DNA from: an uncultured Thermoleophilia bacterium
GTDB taxonomy: Bacteria > Actinomycetota > Thermoleophilia > Gaiellales > Gaiellaceae
Assembly: GCA_963847415.1 (NCBI GenBank)
Contig: CAWJZQ010000030.1
Location: forward strand, 344,831-408,830
Length of the DNA stretch: 64,000 nucleotides
Reading direction: 5' to 3'
Each line of letters opens with the position of its first letter. The first letter of the stretch is position 1. A program made the position numbers and the translations under genes. The notes beneath the pieces were generated by a model. It worked only from the letters and a program-made list of their open reading frames with translations. It did not search any database and had not been told where the DNA came from. This document shows positions 14,034-23,162 of the stretch, one piece after another.

Positions 14034-14873
14034 TCAGATTCGACGATAGCGGGCGTCGCTCAGCGAATAGAGCGCGAACGCGACCAGGCCTGCGGCGACC
14101 GTGCCGAGCAGGTACGAGCCGTACGAGTGGTTCGCCAACTTCGCGAGCGCGCCGTCGAGCCCCACGGCCTTGTTCGGGTTGTAGTCGAGAGCAGCCTTGA
14201 TCAGGAAGATTCCGATCAACCCGAAGACGGCCATACGCGCCAGGTGACCGAACGTGCCGATCCACGTGATCCACGTCCGGACGCGGGGGCTCATCTCCTC
14301 GGTCTTCGAGTCGTCGAGGAAGTCCTTGCTGATGCCGCGGTAGCCCTGGTAGAGCGCCGTCCCGCACAGGACGACTCCGGCAAGGCCGACGATCCAGGTG
14401 CCTCCGGGCCAGCCGAGCACGCCGGCCGCCGACCGCTTCGCGGTACCCGGCCGGCTGCCGCCGGAGCCGAGCAAGATACTTACCGCGATCGCGAAAACGA
14501 TCGCGTAGGCAATGCCGCTGGCCAGAGCTGCGACGCGGTCGACGCCGCTGTCGCTCTCCTCGGGCCCATGGCCGAGCGCCGCGCGGAAGAACCGCCACAG
14601 CGAGTAGCCCGCCAACCCGATCGCGACCAGGATCAGCAGGATCTTGCCGAACGGCTGCTCCGCAATCGTCTCGAGGGCGCCGGATTGGTCGGTCGTCTTG
14701 CCCCCGGAGCCGATCGCGACCTTCACGGCAAGGACTCCGATCACGGCGTAGATCACGCCGCGCGCGACAAAACCCGAACGGGCGAGCACCTCGAACATGG
14801 TTGTCCGTTCGAACCCCTCGCCTGCTTGCTCGGCCCGGCGGACAGGCTGTTTCGCTGACGCTTGCACGTTCAC
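14034..14873 (-). CDS. DUF1206 domain-containing membrane protein
   Basis: Intact 279-aa ORF with repeated TM pairs: LARSGFVARGVIYAVIGVLAV, ILLILVAIGLAGYSLWRFF and FGHLARMAVFGLIGIFLIKAALDYNP. The stop lies 1 nt before the start of the PLD-like gene. A later start (M26) is possible. Confidence 0.8.
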   Translation of the reverse strand: MNVQASAKQPVRRAEQAGEGFERTTMFEVLARSGFVARGVIYAVIGVLAVKVAIGSGGKTTDQSGALETIAEQPFGKILLILVAIGLAGYSLWRFFRAALGHGPEESDSGVDRVAALASGIAYAIVFAIAVSILLGSGGSRPGTAKRSAAGVLGWPGGTWIVGLAGVVLCGTALYQGYRGISKDFLDDSKTEEMSPRVRTWITWIGTFGHLARMAVFGLIGIFLIKAALDYNPNKAVGLDGALAKLANHSYGSYLLGTVAAGLVAFALYSLSDARYRRI

Positions 14874-14933
14874 AACAAGGTGAACGGAGTAACCGCCGTT
14901 GGAGGTACGGCTACAAGGTCCGACCTGAGGCAG

Positions 14934-15872
14934 CTAGCGCGAGCGGGCGGGCGGGCGTGCTGAAGCCACGGGCTCGCGTGCGGGGACGGTGGGACGCTGT
15001 GACGGTGCGGCCTGGGCGGTTCGCGCGACCGTCTCCGCAGTCGCTCCGAACCGGAGGATGCGCCCGCCGAACGCGATTGCGCAGACGGCGAACCAGGCCC
15101 AGCCGAGGGAGAGGCCGCCCACGACGTCGGTCAACCAGTGCACGTCGAGCAAGACGCGCGTCGAGGCGACGCCGACCGCGATCGCCGCGGCGAGACCGGC
15201 GAGGATCACGCGCACTGACCGCGGACGCCACCGGGCGATGAGGAGCGCTGCGGTGGCGTAGAACGCCGCTGCAGTCGCGGAATGGCCGCTCGGGAACGAC
15301 GGCCCGAGCGTCGCGGCCGCGGGATTGAAGGTCGGCCGTACCCGGCCGACGAGCTGCTTGACGGTCAGCACGAGGATCTCTTCGCCGCCCATCACGGCGA
15401 CGATGAACAGCGGGACCCAGACGCTCCGCTGCCGGGCAGTCTCCGCGACCGCGAGAATCAGGCACAGCCCGACGACGATCACGATGCTCCCGAGTTGCGT
15501 CAGGTCGCCGAGAACGCGCATCGAGGTGGCCGTGGCGTGCCGGTTGCCCCAGCTCGCGACACCGCGGTCGACGGCGAGCAGATGTGCGTTCGTCCGGACC
15601 AGGTAGGTGAGGATTCCGACGACGACGCCGCCTGCGATCACGAAGACCAGCGCGACGGTCAGCGCGAGACCGGTCGCCGTCTCCGGGTCGAGTCGCGCAT
15701 CGAGAAGCGCACGCAGCCGCGGGCGTTTCCGGATCGCCACGCCCGCGTCCTGGGCGGCCTCCAGCGTCGACGTCGCAGCGGTCGTCGTGACGCGCGGATA
15801 GCGCCAGGCGACCAGCCCGACGGTCACACCGACCGTCGCCGCGACGACGAGCAACAGCAGCAGAGGCCACAT
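14934..15872 (-). CDS. PAP2 family phosphatase (membrane)
   Basis: Intact 312-aa ORF carrying KQLVGRVRP, PSGHSATAA and STRVLLDVHWLTDVVGG, the three PAP2 motifs. Confidence 0.85.
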   Translation of the reverse strand: MWPLLLLLVVAATVGVTVGLVAWRYPRVTTTAATSTLEAAQDAGVAIRKRPRLRALLDARLDPETATGLALTVALVFVIAGGVVVGILTYLVRTNAHLLAVDRGVASWGNRHATATSMRVLGDLTQLGSIVIVVGLCLILAVAETARQRSVWVPLFIVAVMGGEEILVLTVKQLVGRVRPTFNPAAATLGPSFPSGHSATAAAFYATAALLIARWRPRSVRVILAGLAAAIAVGVASTRVLLDVHWLTDVVGGLSLGWAWFAVCAIAFGGRILRFGATAETVARTAQAAPSQRPTVPAREPVASARPPARSR

Positions 15873-16084
15873 CGCCGCCTGCCCTCAGCCGCCCCTCGCC
15901 GACGGGGTCGCACCTATTTCCGTGTTCCACGCGTTCGACATCGAGAAGGGACAGATGCCCCATGATCGAGGTCAGAACACATCGGGCGGCGCCAATCGCC
16001 GCGAGTAAGCCGAACGAGGGAAGCGAGTGGCTCTGTGCTCCCGTCTTGTCGGCACGTCCCGGCGGGCCGGCACAGCGGCTCGGA

Positions 16085-16796
16085 ATGGCCTTGCAGGGCC
16101 TGCATCCCGCGATCGTCTTCACGCTCGTGATGCTGGCGGGATTGGCGGCGACGGCCGCGCTCTCCATCTGCCTCGGCCTGCTCGATCACGCGAGTGATCG
16201 AGCCGGCCTGGGGTATCGGCGCCGCCGACGAGCGCGTCATCGTGTGGCTCGCGGCGCATAGGGATTCGTCGCTGACCCACGCCTCGCTCGTCGGCTCCAT
16301 CGTCGCCGGCGGAGTTGTGCTGCCGATCCTCGCCGGTTCGCTCGCCCTCGTCTGCGCGCTCTTGCGGCGGTGGCGGATCGCCGCGTTCTTCGTCTTCGCG
16401 CTCGCGGTCGAATCGGGCTCGTATCGTCTGACGACACTCGTCGTGCATTCGCACCGTCCTCGAGTCGCTCGTCTCGAGAACCTCCCGGTCAATGCCAGCT
16501 ATCCCTCCGGTCACACGGCGGCCGCAATCGCGGTCTACTGCGGACTCGCGCTGCTCATCTCGTCGAGGATCGACAATCCCGTGGCCAGGGTGCTCGTGTG
16601 GACGGGTGCCGCCTCGGTGGTCATCTTTGTCGCGCTCGCACGCATGTATCGCGGTATGCACCACCCACTGGACATCGCGGGCGGGATCGTCGTCGGCATC
16701 GTCGCCGTGATCGTGCTCGTCTTCGCGTGTCGCGTAGCCGGAGCGGCGGCCGAGGCGCGTGATCGGTCACGATCTCGGGGAGGGACTGCTCGATGA
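16085..16796 (+). CDS. PAP2 family phosphatase (membrane; probable frame change near 16190)
   Basis: Motifs HSHRPRV, YPSGHTAAAIAVY and ARMYRGMHHPLDIAGG. The upstream frame supplies the expected first TM helix (MALQGLHPAIVFTLVMLAGLAATAALSI). Confidence 0.7.
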
Positions 16797-17736
16797 AGGT
16801 GGCCGTCGTCGCACACGCGGGCAAGACCCTCGGGCGGCGGCTTGCCGGAGCTTCGCCGCGCTCTGGAAGCTGCTGGAATCGCCGATCCGTTCTGGCGTGA
16901 GGTACGGAAGAGCGCCAAGGCGCCAACACAGGTGCGCCGCGCGCTCGACGACGGTGCCGAGCTCCTGATCGCCTGGGGAGGCGACGGGCTCGTGCAGCGG
17001 TGCGTCGACACCCTCGCGGGCTCCGGCTCCGACGTCCCTCTCGCCATCATCCCCGCAGGCACCGCGAACTTGTTCGCGACCAGCCTCGGCATCCCAGTCG
17101 ACATCGAAGATGCGCTCGCTGTCGGTCTCGGAGGCGAGCGCCGCTCCCTCGACGTGGGCCGGTTCAACGGCGAGCGATTCGCGGTCATGGCCGGTGCGGG
17201 CTTCGACGCCGCGATGATCCAGGACGCGGCGGCCGGGCTCAAAGACCGTGTCGGCCGTGCCGCCTACGTGTGGACGGGAGTGAAGAACATTCGGTCGAAG
17301 TCGTTCCGGCGCCACGATCAAGGTCGACGGCGCGGCCTGGTACAAGGGCAGCGCAAGCTGCATCCTCGTCGGCAACATCGGCGAGCTGTTCGGTGGCGTC
17401 GAGGTTTTCGAGGATGCGCGGCCTGACGACGGGAAGCTCGAGCTCGGTGTGGTCACGGCTGACGGCGTTCTCGAATGGGGCCGGCTGCTCGCTCGGGTCG
17501 CCGCCGGAAAGGCGAGCAAGTCTCCGTTCGCCCAGACGACGAAGGCTCGCAAGGTGAAGGTGAAGTTCGATCGCAAGGTGTTGTACGAGCTCGACGGCGG
17601 GGATCGGACGGAAGTGCGGGCGTTCAAGATCAAGGTCGAGCCGGGCGCCGTCCTCGTGTGCGTCCCGAACCGCGACGGAGCGAAGGATCGAGCGGAGAAA
17701 GCCGGAGTCGGCGAAGAACGCGCTCCAGTTGCTTGA
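16793..17736 (+). CDS. diacylglycerol/lipid kinase (DAGK catalytic domain, YegS/LCB5-like; about two frame changes)
   Basis: ATG 16793 overlaps the PAP2 stop (ATGA). Motifs are LLIAWGGDGLVQRCV, PLAIIPAGTANLFATSLGIP, RSLDVGRFNGERFAVMAGAGFDA and GKLELGVV. Confidence 0.8.
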
Positions 17737-17840
17737 CCGCGGATCTCGGCTCCGGTTCGAAGATCGACCTTGTCGTCAGTCGAGGCCCGAGGCGCTGAGA
17801 ACGTTCGCTCGGCCGTAGCGCGTCAGCTGTCGGCAGTCGC

Positions 17841-17890
17841 GAGGGTGTGGGCGCTCGCCGTGCGGGCGCCCACACCCTCGTTAGTCTTTT
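17841..17890. terminator. bidirectional intrinsic terminator (14-bp perfect stem GAGGGTGTGGGCGC/GCGCCCACACCCTC, then GTTAGTCTTTT)
   Basis: Lies between the convergent lipid kinase gene (+) and the 17895 gene (-). Confidence 0.7.
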
Positions 17891-17894
17891 GCGG

Positions 17895-18437
17895 CTAGGC
17901 GGAGAGGAGCCGGTCGAAGAAGGAGCGGTAGCGCGTCAAGGCGACGCGTAGGTCCTCGGTCGAGACGTCGTCACCGCGGTCCCAGTGACCTTCGAGCCGC
18001 TCGCGCTCGTGTGAGAAGCTCGCCGCGAGTCGCTGCATCAGGTCGGCGACGAGCGCGTCGGCTTCGGCCACGGCGTCACGGGGCTGGTCGACGAAGCTGG
18101 CCTGGATCTCCTGCCAGCGCGTCGTGAAGCGCTCGCTCTGGTCGGCCGGTAGCAGTGGCTCGCGATCACCGCCGGCGGCGGCAGTTCCCGTCGTCTCCGG
18201 GGCGACGCGACCGTCACCGTTCTCGTCCCGCGCGTCAGCGCCGATCTCGGTGGCCTGGGTGGTCTGCTCGCCATCTTCGGCCCGCTCGCGTGCCAGTGGC
18301 TCATCCGACGGGGCGCTCTCGTACTGAGGCTCCCCTTCGCGTGCGACGTTCGCGGCGGGCTGCTCGGTGTCGAGCGAGCTGTCCTCGGTGTCGGATCTGT
18401 TTGCGAGGTCGCGAGTGCTGAGCTTGTTGTCTGTCAT
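17895..18437 (-). CDS. acidic hypothetical protein, paralog of the upstream gene
   Basis: Intact 180-aa ORF. Its C-terminal about 90 aa (RWQEIQASFVDQPRDAVAEADALVADLM...STEDLRVALTRYRSFFDRLL) matches motifs in the 18438..19058 protein. ATG directly abuts the upstream stop. Confidence 0.6.
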   Translation of the reverse strand: MTDNKLSTRDLANRSDTEDSSLDTEQPAANVAREGEPQYESAPSDEPLARERAEDGEQTTQATEIGADARDENGDGRVAPETTGTAAAGGDREPLLPADQSERFTTRWQEIQASFVDQPRDAVAEADALVADLMQRLAASFSHERERLEGHWDRGDDVSTEDLRVALTRYRSFFDRLLSA

Positions 18438-19058
18438 CTAACGCACCGTCCTTCCCTGATTCGAGTGCAGGTCGACGTCCGTGTCCTGCTCGGTGTCGAG
18501 GTGGTCACGCGTGGTCGGCTGATCGGCAGCCGGTTCGGCGAGCTCGTCGAAGAGCTTCCGGTAGTGGCGCATCGCCTGGCGAAGATCCTCGGTCGAGTCG
18601 CGGCCGTTGGCGCTCGCCTGGGCGAGTCGGTGCCCGTGCCGGTAGTTCTCGACCACCTGCGGGTGGTCGACCGAGATGTCGGCGGCGCGCTGCTCGAAGT
18701 CCTCGACCGGGTAGCCGCGCTCGGCCATCACCGACTGGATCAGGCTGTCGGCGCTCGCGACGGCGGCCCGCGGATCGTCGACGAACTGCGACTGCACCTC
18801 TTGCCACGACTGCAGATAACGGTCGCGGGCTGCCCGCGAGAGCGGGCGAACATCGATCTGCTGCCGGCGCTCTTCGCGCGCCTGCAACTCCGCCTCGGCA
18901 TCACGCTTGGAATCGGCCTTGCCGAGCGTGCGCTCGTATTCGGGGCCGAACTGCTCCTGCAGCCTGCCCGTCTGCCTGCGCATCAACGCCTGCCAAACGA
19001 CCACTGCGAGGATGGCAACGACGGCAATGGCGATCAACACCCATACCCATGCGGGCAT
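18438..19058 (-). CDS. membrane-anchored hypothetical protein, paralog of the downstream gene
   Basis: Intact 206-aa ORF with N-terminal TM WVWVLIAIAVVAILAVVVW. Then SWQEVQSQFVDDPRAAVASADSLIQSVM...STEDLRQAMRHYRKLFDEL. Confidence 0.65.
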   Translation of the reverse strand: MPAWVWVLIAIAVVAILAVVVWQALMRRQTGRLQEQFGPEYERTLGKADSKRDAEAELQAREERRQQIDVRPLSRAARDRYLQSWQEVQSQFVDDPRAAVASADSLIQSVMAERGYPVEDFEQRAADISVDHPQVVENYRHGHRLAQASANGRDSTEDLRQAMRHYRKLFDELAEPAADQPTTRDHLDTEQDTDVDLHSNQGRTVR

Positions 19059-19163
19059 CAGATACCTCCTTCAACCAGTCTCAGATGTGCGGCGACCTGA
19101 CTGCGGCTGCTCATATGTGCGAACGCAGACGCACCAGTCCCGGATACGCGCGCGGGCTCGGTC

Positions 19164-20154
19164 GTGATCCTTCGCGGAGTCGTCATCACAACGGTGGCTG
19201 CTTTGTCCGCGGCCGCCGCCGTGCAGGGCGCGGGCCCGCAGACGCGGAGGACGAACTCGATGGCCTGGGCGCCCGGCGCACAGCTCCTCCTCGATGCCTC
19301 GACGCCTGCCTGGGCGGATCCCGGCCGGCTCTTCGTCCGGCGCCGGGACGGCTTCGCAGTCGTCGGGCCGGAGGTGAACGCCGGGATCGCGCCGGCGCCG
19401 GGCGGCAGGCTGATCGCGATCGCCGCGCCGCTCAGCCTCTACACGATCCGTCCCGACGGGAGCGGGCTTCGCCGGCTCGCTCGCAACGTCGCGCAGGTTG
19501 GCGCCTGGTCTCCCGACGGCCGCCGCCTCCTCTTCGACTCGGGCGACGGCTACCTCTACGTGATCTCTCGCGACGGACGAAGCCGGCATCGGCTCGCGCT
19601 CATCAACTCCAACTTCGAGTCGCATGCGGTCTGGTCGCCCGACGGTCGATCGGTCGCCTTCCAGGGGTGCAGGCCCGGTCGCGATCCCGATCTCTGCGAC
19701 GCCGGTCGGCTCGACCTCTTCGTCGATCGGCGCCGACGGTCGTCGGCTGAGGCGCATCACGCCGCGCTCAGGCGGCGACCAGTGCCGCCTCTCGTGGGCG
19801 CCGGCGAACCGAATCGTCTACGGAACCGCAGCCGCAACCGTGATCGCGACGCCCGCCGGCAGGACGCTGAGGAGCATTCCGGGATTCAGCTGCGCCACCT
19901 GGTCGCCGGACGGGACCCGGCTGCTCGGCTTCTCGCACCGGCTGCCGGCGATCGTGCGCGCGGACCGGGGATCGGCGAAGCCGGTCGCCCGCTTCGACGC
20001 GCGCACCGTGATGGGGGAGGGGCCTGCGGCCCCGGTCTGGTCGCCCGACGGCACGCAAGTTGCCTTCAGCCGCGTGTATGCGCAGAACGGGCTACCGCTC
20101 TCGCACGAGTACGTCGCCGTCCTGCGAACCGGTCGCGTGCGCAGACTGCCCTAG
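19164..20154 (+). CDS. PD40/TolB-like beta-propeller repeat protein, exported (one frame change near 19720)
   Basis: Signal-like MILRGVVITTVAALSAAAAVQG. Repeated SPDG motifs: AWSPDGRRLLFDS, AVWSPDGRSVAFQG, ATWSPDGTRLLG and PVWSPDGTQVAFS. Confidence 0.65.
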
Positions 20155-21333
20155 CCGGGTCAGGAGCTCCAGCCGCTGCTCGATGATCTCGCAGCGCTCG
20201 GGCGGTGCGATCTCGCGAAGGTCCTCGAGCGCTCGCCGCAGCCGCCGGACGACCGGCGGCGATTCCGCGCCGGCGAGCGTCAGCTCCTCGGTCGCGAGCT
20301 CCACGTAGTCGTCCCAGCTCGGCGTTCGGACGACGAGACGCACCTCGCCCGTCTTGTCACGGTGACGGCCGTCGGGGAACGGCCGCCGGGCGAGCTGGCG
20401 AAGGATGTCGTGCAACCGGTCGATCGCCTGAACGGCGGTCGTCGGGTCCTGGAACGGCGATTCCGAGAGCGATCGCTCCGCAATGTCCACCAGCAACCGG
20501 ATGCCGTACCCGACGTCGCGATCGAGCGTTGGCTCGAGTTTCAGGGCGAGCGCCTCGTGCAGCTTGTCCTGGTCGAGGCCGGCCGTGTCGCCGTGAACCT
20601 CGAACAACGGCGCGTCGGCTGTCACGAACTCCCCGATCGCGGGCAGGAGCTCGAGCGTGCAGCCGGTGCGGGACGCTTCCTCGACCAACTCCTCGTACCC
20701 GATGGCGGTCACGACACCCGACTCTCGCGCCCGCACGACCACCCGGCGCCGCGGATCCGGGGCCGGGGTTCCCTTGTCCGGGTAGAGCTTGTCGATCAGA
20801 CCGCGCGTGTCGTCACCGACGAGCTCGACCAGCGCGGAGACGCGCAACGCCTGTCCGATGTGGTGGACGTAGACGACGAGCACGGCGATGCTCGCGAGCA
20901 CGAGCACGAACGCGGTGAGCACCGCGATCCCCGGGACATGGCCGGTGCCGTTGCCGTTGTCCTGCACTTCGCGCAAGGTGAGGATCGCGTGGACGAAGGT
21001 GGCGACGAAGAGGCCGATCGCGAGCTGACTCGGCTTGTCGCGCAGGATCCGCTGCACGATTCGCGGCGAGAACTGGCCCATCGCGAGCTGCACGACGACC
21101 ATGGTGATCGTCAGCACCAGCGTCGTCAGGCTGACCATCGCGACCGCGACCGTGGACAGGATCGCGGTCGCCGCCGCCGGGTTGCCGGCCACCCCGTGCG
21201 GCACCGCGTCGTAGTCGAACAGGCGGTCGAGGGCGATCGTGCCGAACGAGACCAAGGCGCCGGCGAGGACGCAGAGGACCGGCACGAACCAGAGGCTCGC
21301 GCGGAGATGCGTGAGGAGGCGCCAGTGTGTCAC
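20092..21333 (-). CDS. DUF2254 domain-containing membrane protein
   Basis: Intact 413-aa ORF with the N-terminal TM bundle LWFVPVLCVLAGALVSF and SLTTLVLTITMVVVQLAMGQFSPRIV. A soluble C-terminal domain follows. Confidence 0.8.
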   Translation of the reverse strand: MTHWRLLTHLRASLWFVPVLCVLAGALVSFGTIALDRLFDYDAVPHGVAGNPAAATAILSTVAVAMVSLTTLVLTITMVVVQLAMGQFSPRIVQRILRDKPSQLAIGLFVATFVHAILTLREVQDNGNGTGHVPGIAVLTAFVLVLASIAVLVVYVHHIGQALRVSALVELVGDDTRGLIDKLYPDKGTPAPDPRRRVVVRARESGVVTAIGYEELVEEASRTGCTLELLPAIGEFVTADAPLFEVHGDTAGLDQDKLHEALALKLEPTLDRDVGYGIRLLVDIAERSLSESPFQDPTTAVQAIDRLHDILRQLARRPFPDGRHRDKTGEVRLVVRTPSWDDYVELATEELTLAGAESPPVVRRLRRALEDLREIAPPERCEIIEQRLELLTRLGQSAHATGSQDGDVLVRER

Positions 21334-23051
21334 CGGATGCTCGCCCTACCCGCCACGGCGGAAGACAATCGCGCCCGCGCGGCGCGTACCATCCCTCTAC
21401 ACGGCAAGAGAGGTACGGGATCTCGCAGGCACATCGGATCGTCGCCGTCATCCTCGCCGCGCTCGCCACGGCGCTCGTTGCGTCGGCTGCCGGCGGCGCC
21501 GCGCCGAGCCCTGCGCTCTTGAAGCAACTCGAGCGCGGCGGCTACGTGCTCGTGCTCCGCCACGCGATCACCGACCAGTCGAAGCAGGACGAGGATCCCG
21601 TCGACCTCTCCGACTGCTCGACGCAGCGGATGTTGTCGGCCGAGGGCCGCGCGCAGGCCCGCGCGATCGGGCGCGCCGTGAAGCGGCTCGATATCCCGAT
21701 CGGCTCCGTCCTGACCAGCCGCTTTTGCCGGACGCGCGAGACGGCGCGGCTGGCGTTCGGCGGCGGCACGGTCTCCCCGGCGCTCCTGAACACGATTGCC
21801 TCGCAGCACGACGCCCGGTGGCGCGCGCAGATCGCCGCCGCCCGCCGTCTGTTCGGGACGCGCCCGGTCCCGGGGAAGAACACGGTGCTCGTCACTCACG
21901 GCGTCGTCGTCGCCGACACCACGGGGCTCGATCTCGAAGAGGGCGAGCTGCTCGTGTTCCGCCCGCTCGGGAACAGCCGCTTCCGCCTCGCCGGGCGTAT
22001 CCCCGCAGACGCGTGGAACGGCCTCCGCAAGCCTGCCTCCGCCTCTGCGCTGCGCGTCACCGAGTACGACGTGCCGGCAGGCTCCGGGCCGCACGATGTC
22101 GCGCCCGCCGCCGACGGCACGGTCTGGTACACGGCGCAGGCGGCCGGCAAGCTCGGGCGGCTCGACCCGGCGACCCGGAAGGTCACGGAGGTGCCGCTCG
22201 GGGACGGCTCCGCGCCGCACGGCGTCATCGTCGGCCCCGACGGCGCTGCCTGGGTCACCGACGGCGGGTTGAACGCGATCGTCCGGGTCGATCAGAGGTC
22301 GCTTGCCGTGAGGCGCTATCCGCTGCCCGCATCGACCGGGTACGCGAACCTCAACACCGGGACGTTCGACCGGCGCGGCCGCTTGTGGTTCACGGGTCAG
22401 AGCGGCATCTACGGGCGTCTCGACCCCCGCACGGGCACGCTGCGCGTGTTCCGCGCCCCCGGCGGGCCCGGCCCGTACGGGATCGCGACGACGCCGGGCG
22501 GCCAGGTCTGGTACGCGTCGCTCGCCGGCAGCCACATTGCGCGCATCGACCTGACGACGGGCAGGTCGACGATCCTCCGGCCGCCGACCGCCGGGCAGGG
22601 CGCCCGCCGCATCTGGTCCGACTCACACGATCGGCTCTGGGTGAGCGAGTGGAACGCCGGCCGCGTCGCCCGCTACGACCCGGCCACGCGCCGGTGGCGC
22701 GAGTGGAAGCTGCCGGGGAGCGCTCAGCCGTACGCCGTCTACGTCGACGACCGCGACATCGTCTGGGTGACCGACTTCGGCGCGAGCGCGATCGTGCGCT
22801 TCGACCCGGCGGCGCAGAGGTTCGTGCAGTTCCGGATGCGCGCAGGCGCGAACGTGCGGCAGCTCCTGGGGCGCCCGGGCATCGTCTGGGGCGCCGAGTC
22901 CGGCGCCGACCGGCTCGTAATTTGCGATCTCGTCGCGCTAGCCGGATCCCGCTATTGTCGGTACATGACGTTGCTGCGGTCTCGCGTGCACGAGCTTCTG
23001 CCGGTTCTGCCGGTTGCTCCGCGGCCGCCGTTCGTGCACGTCCCGGCGTAG
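21327..23051 (+). CDS. exported fusion protein: histidine phosphatase (SixA/PGAM-like) domain plus Vgb (streptogramin lyase)-like beta-propeller
   Basis: Signal-like IVAVILAALATALVASAAG. Phosphatase motif YVLVLRHAITD...SAEGRAQA...VLVTHGVVV. Propeller repeats read GPHDVAPAADGTVWYTAQAAGKLGRLDPATRKV, APHGVIVGPDGAAWVTDGGLNAIVRVD, GPYGIATTPGGQVWYASLAGSHIARID and WVTDFGASAIVRFDP. Both the start and the last about 40 codons are uncertain. Confidence 0.7.
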   Translation: MSPDARPTRHGGRQSRPRGAYHPSTRQERYGISQAHRIVAVILAALATALVASAAGGAAPSPALLKQLERGGYVLVLRHAITDQSKQDEDPVDLSDCSTQRMLSAEGRAQARAIGRAVKRLDIPIGSVLTSRFCRTRETARLAFGGGTVSPALLNTIASQHDARWRAQIAAARRLFGTRPVPGKNTVLVTHGVVVADTTGLDLEEGELLVFRPLGNSRFRLAGRIPADAWNGLRKPASASALRVTEYDVPAGSGPHDVAPAADGTVWYTAQAAGKLGRLDPATRKVTEVPLGDGSAPHGVIVGPDGAAWVTDGGLNAIVRVDQRSLAVRRYPLPASTGYANLNTGTFDRRGRLWFTGQSGIYGRLDPRTGTLRVFRAPGGPGPYGIATTPGGQVWYASLAGSHIARIDLTTGRSTILRPPTAGQGARRIWSDSHDRLWVSEWNAGRVARYDPATRRWREWKLPGSAQPYAVYVDDRDIVWVTDFGASAIVRFDPAAQRFVQFRMRAGANVRQLLGRPGIVWGAESGADRLVICDLVALAGSRYCRYMTLLRSRVHELLPVLPVAPRPPFVHVPA

Positions 23052-23162
23052 GCGCTCCCGCCGCTTCGGCCCGGAGCGCCGCAACGGACTCCCTCACGCC
23101 GGTCGACGTCTACGAAAGGAACGCACGATGTTCGCAGCATCCCTGCTCGCGGGAGCGTCCCG

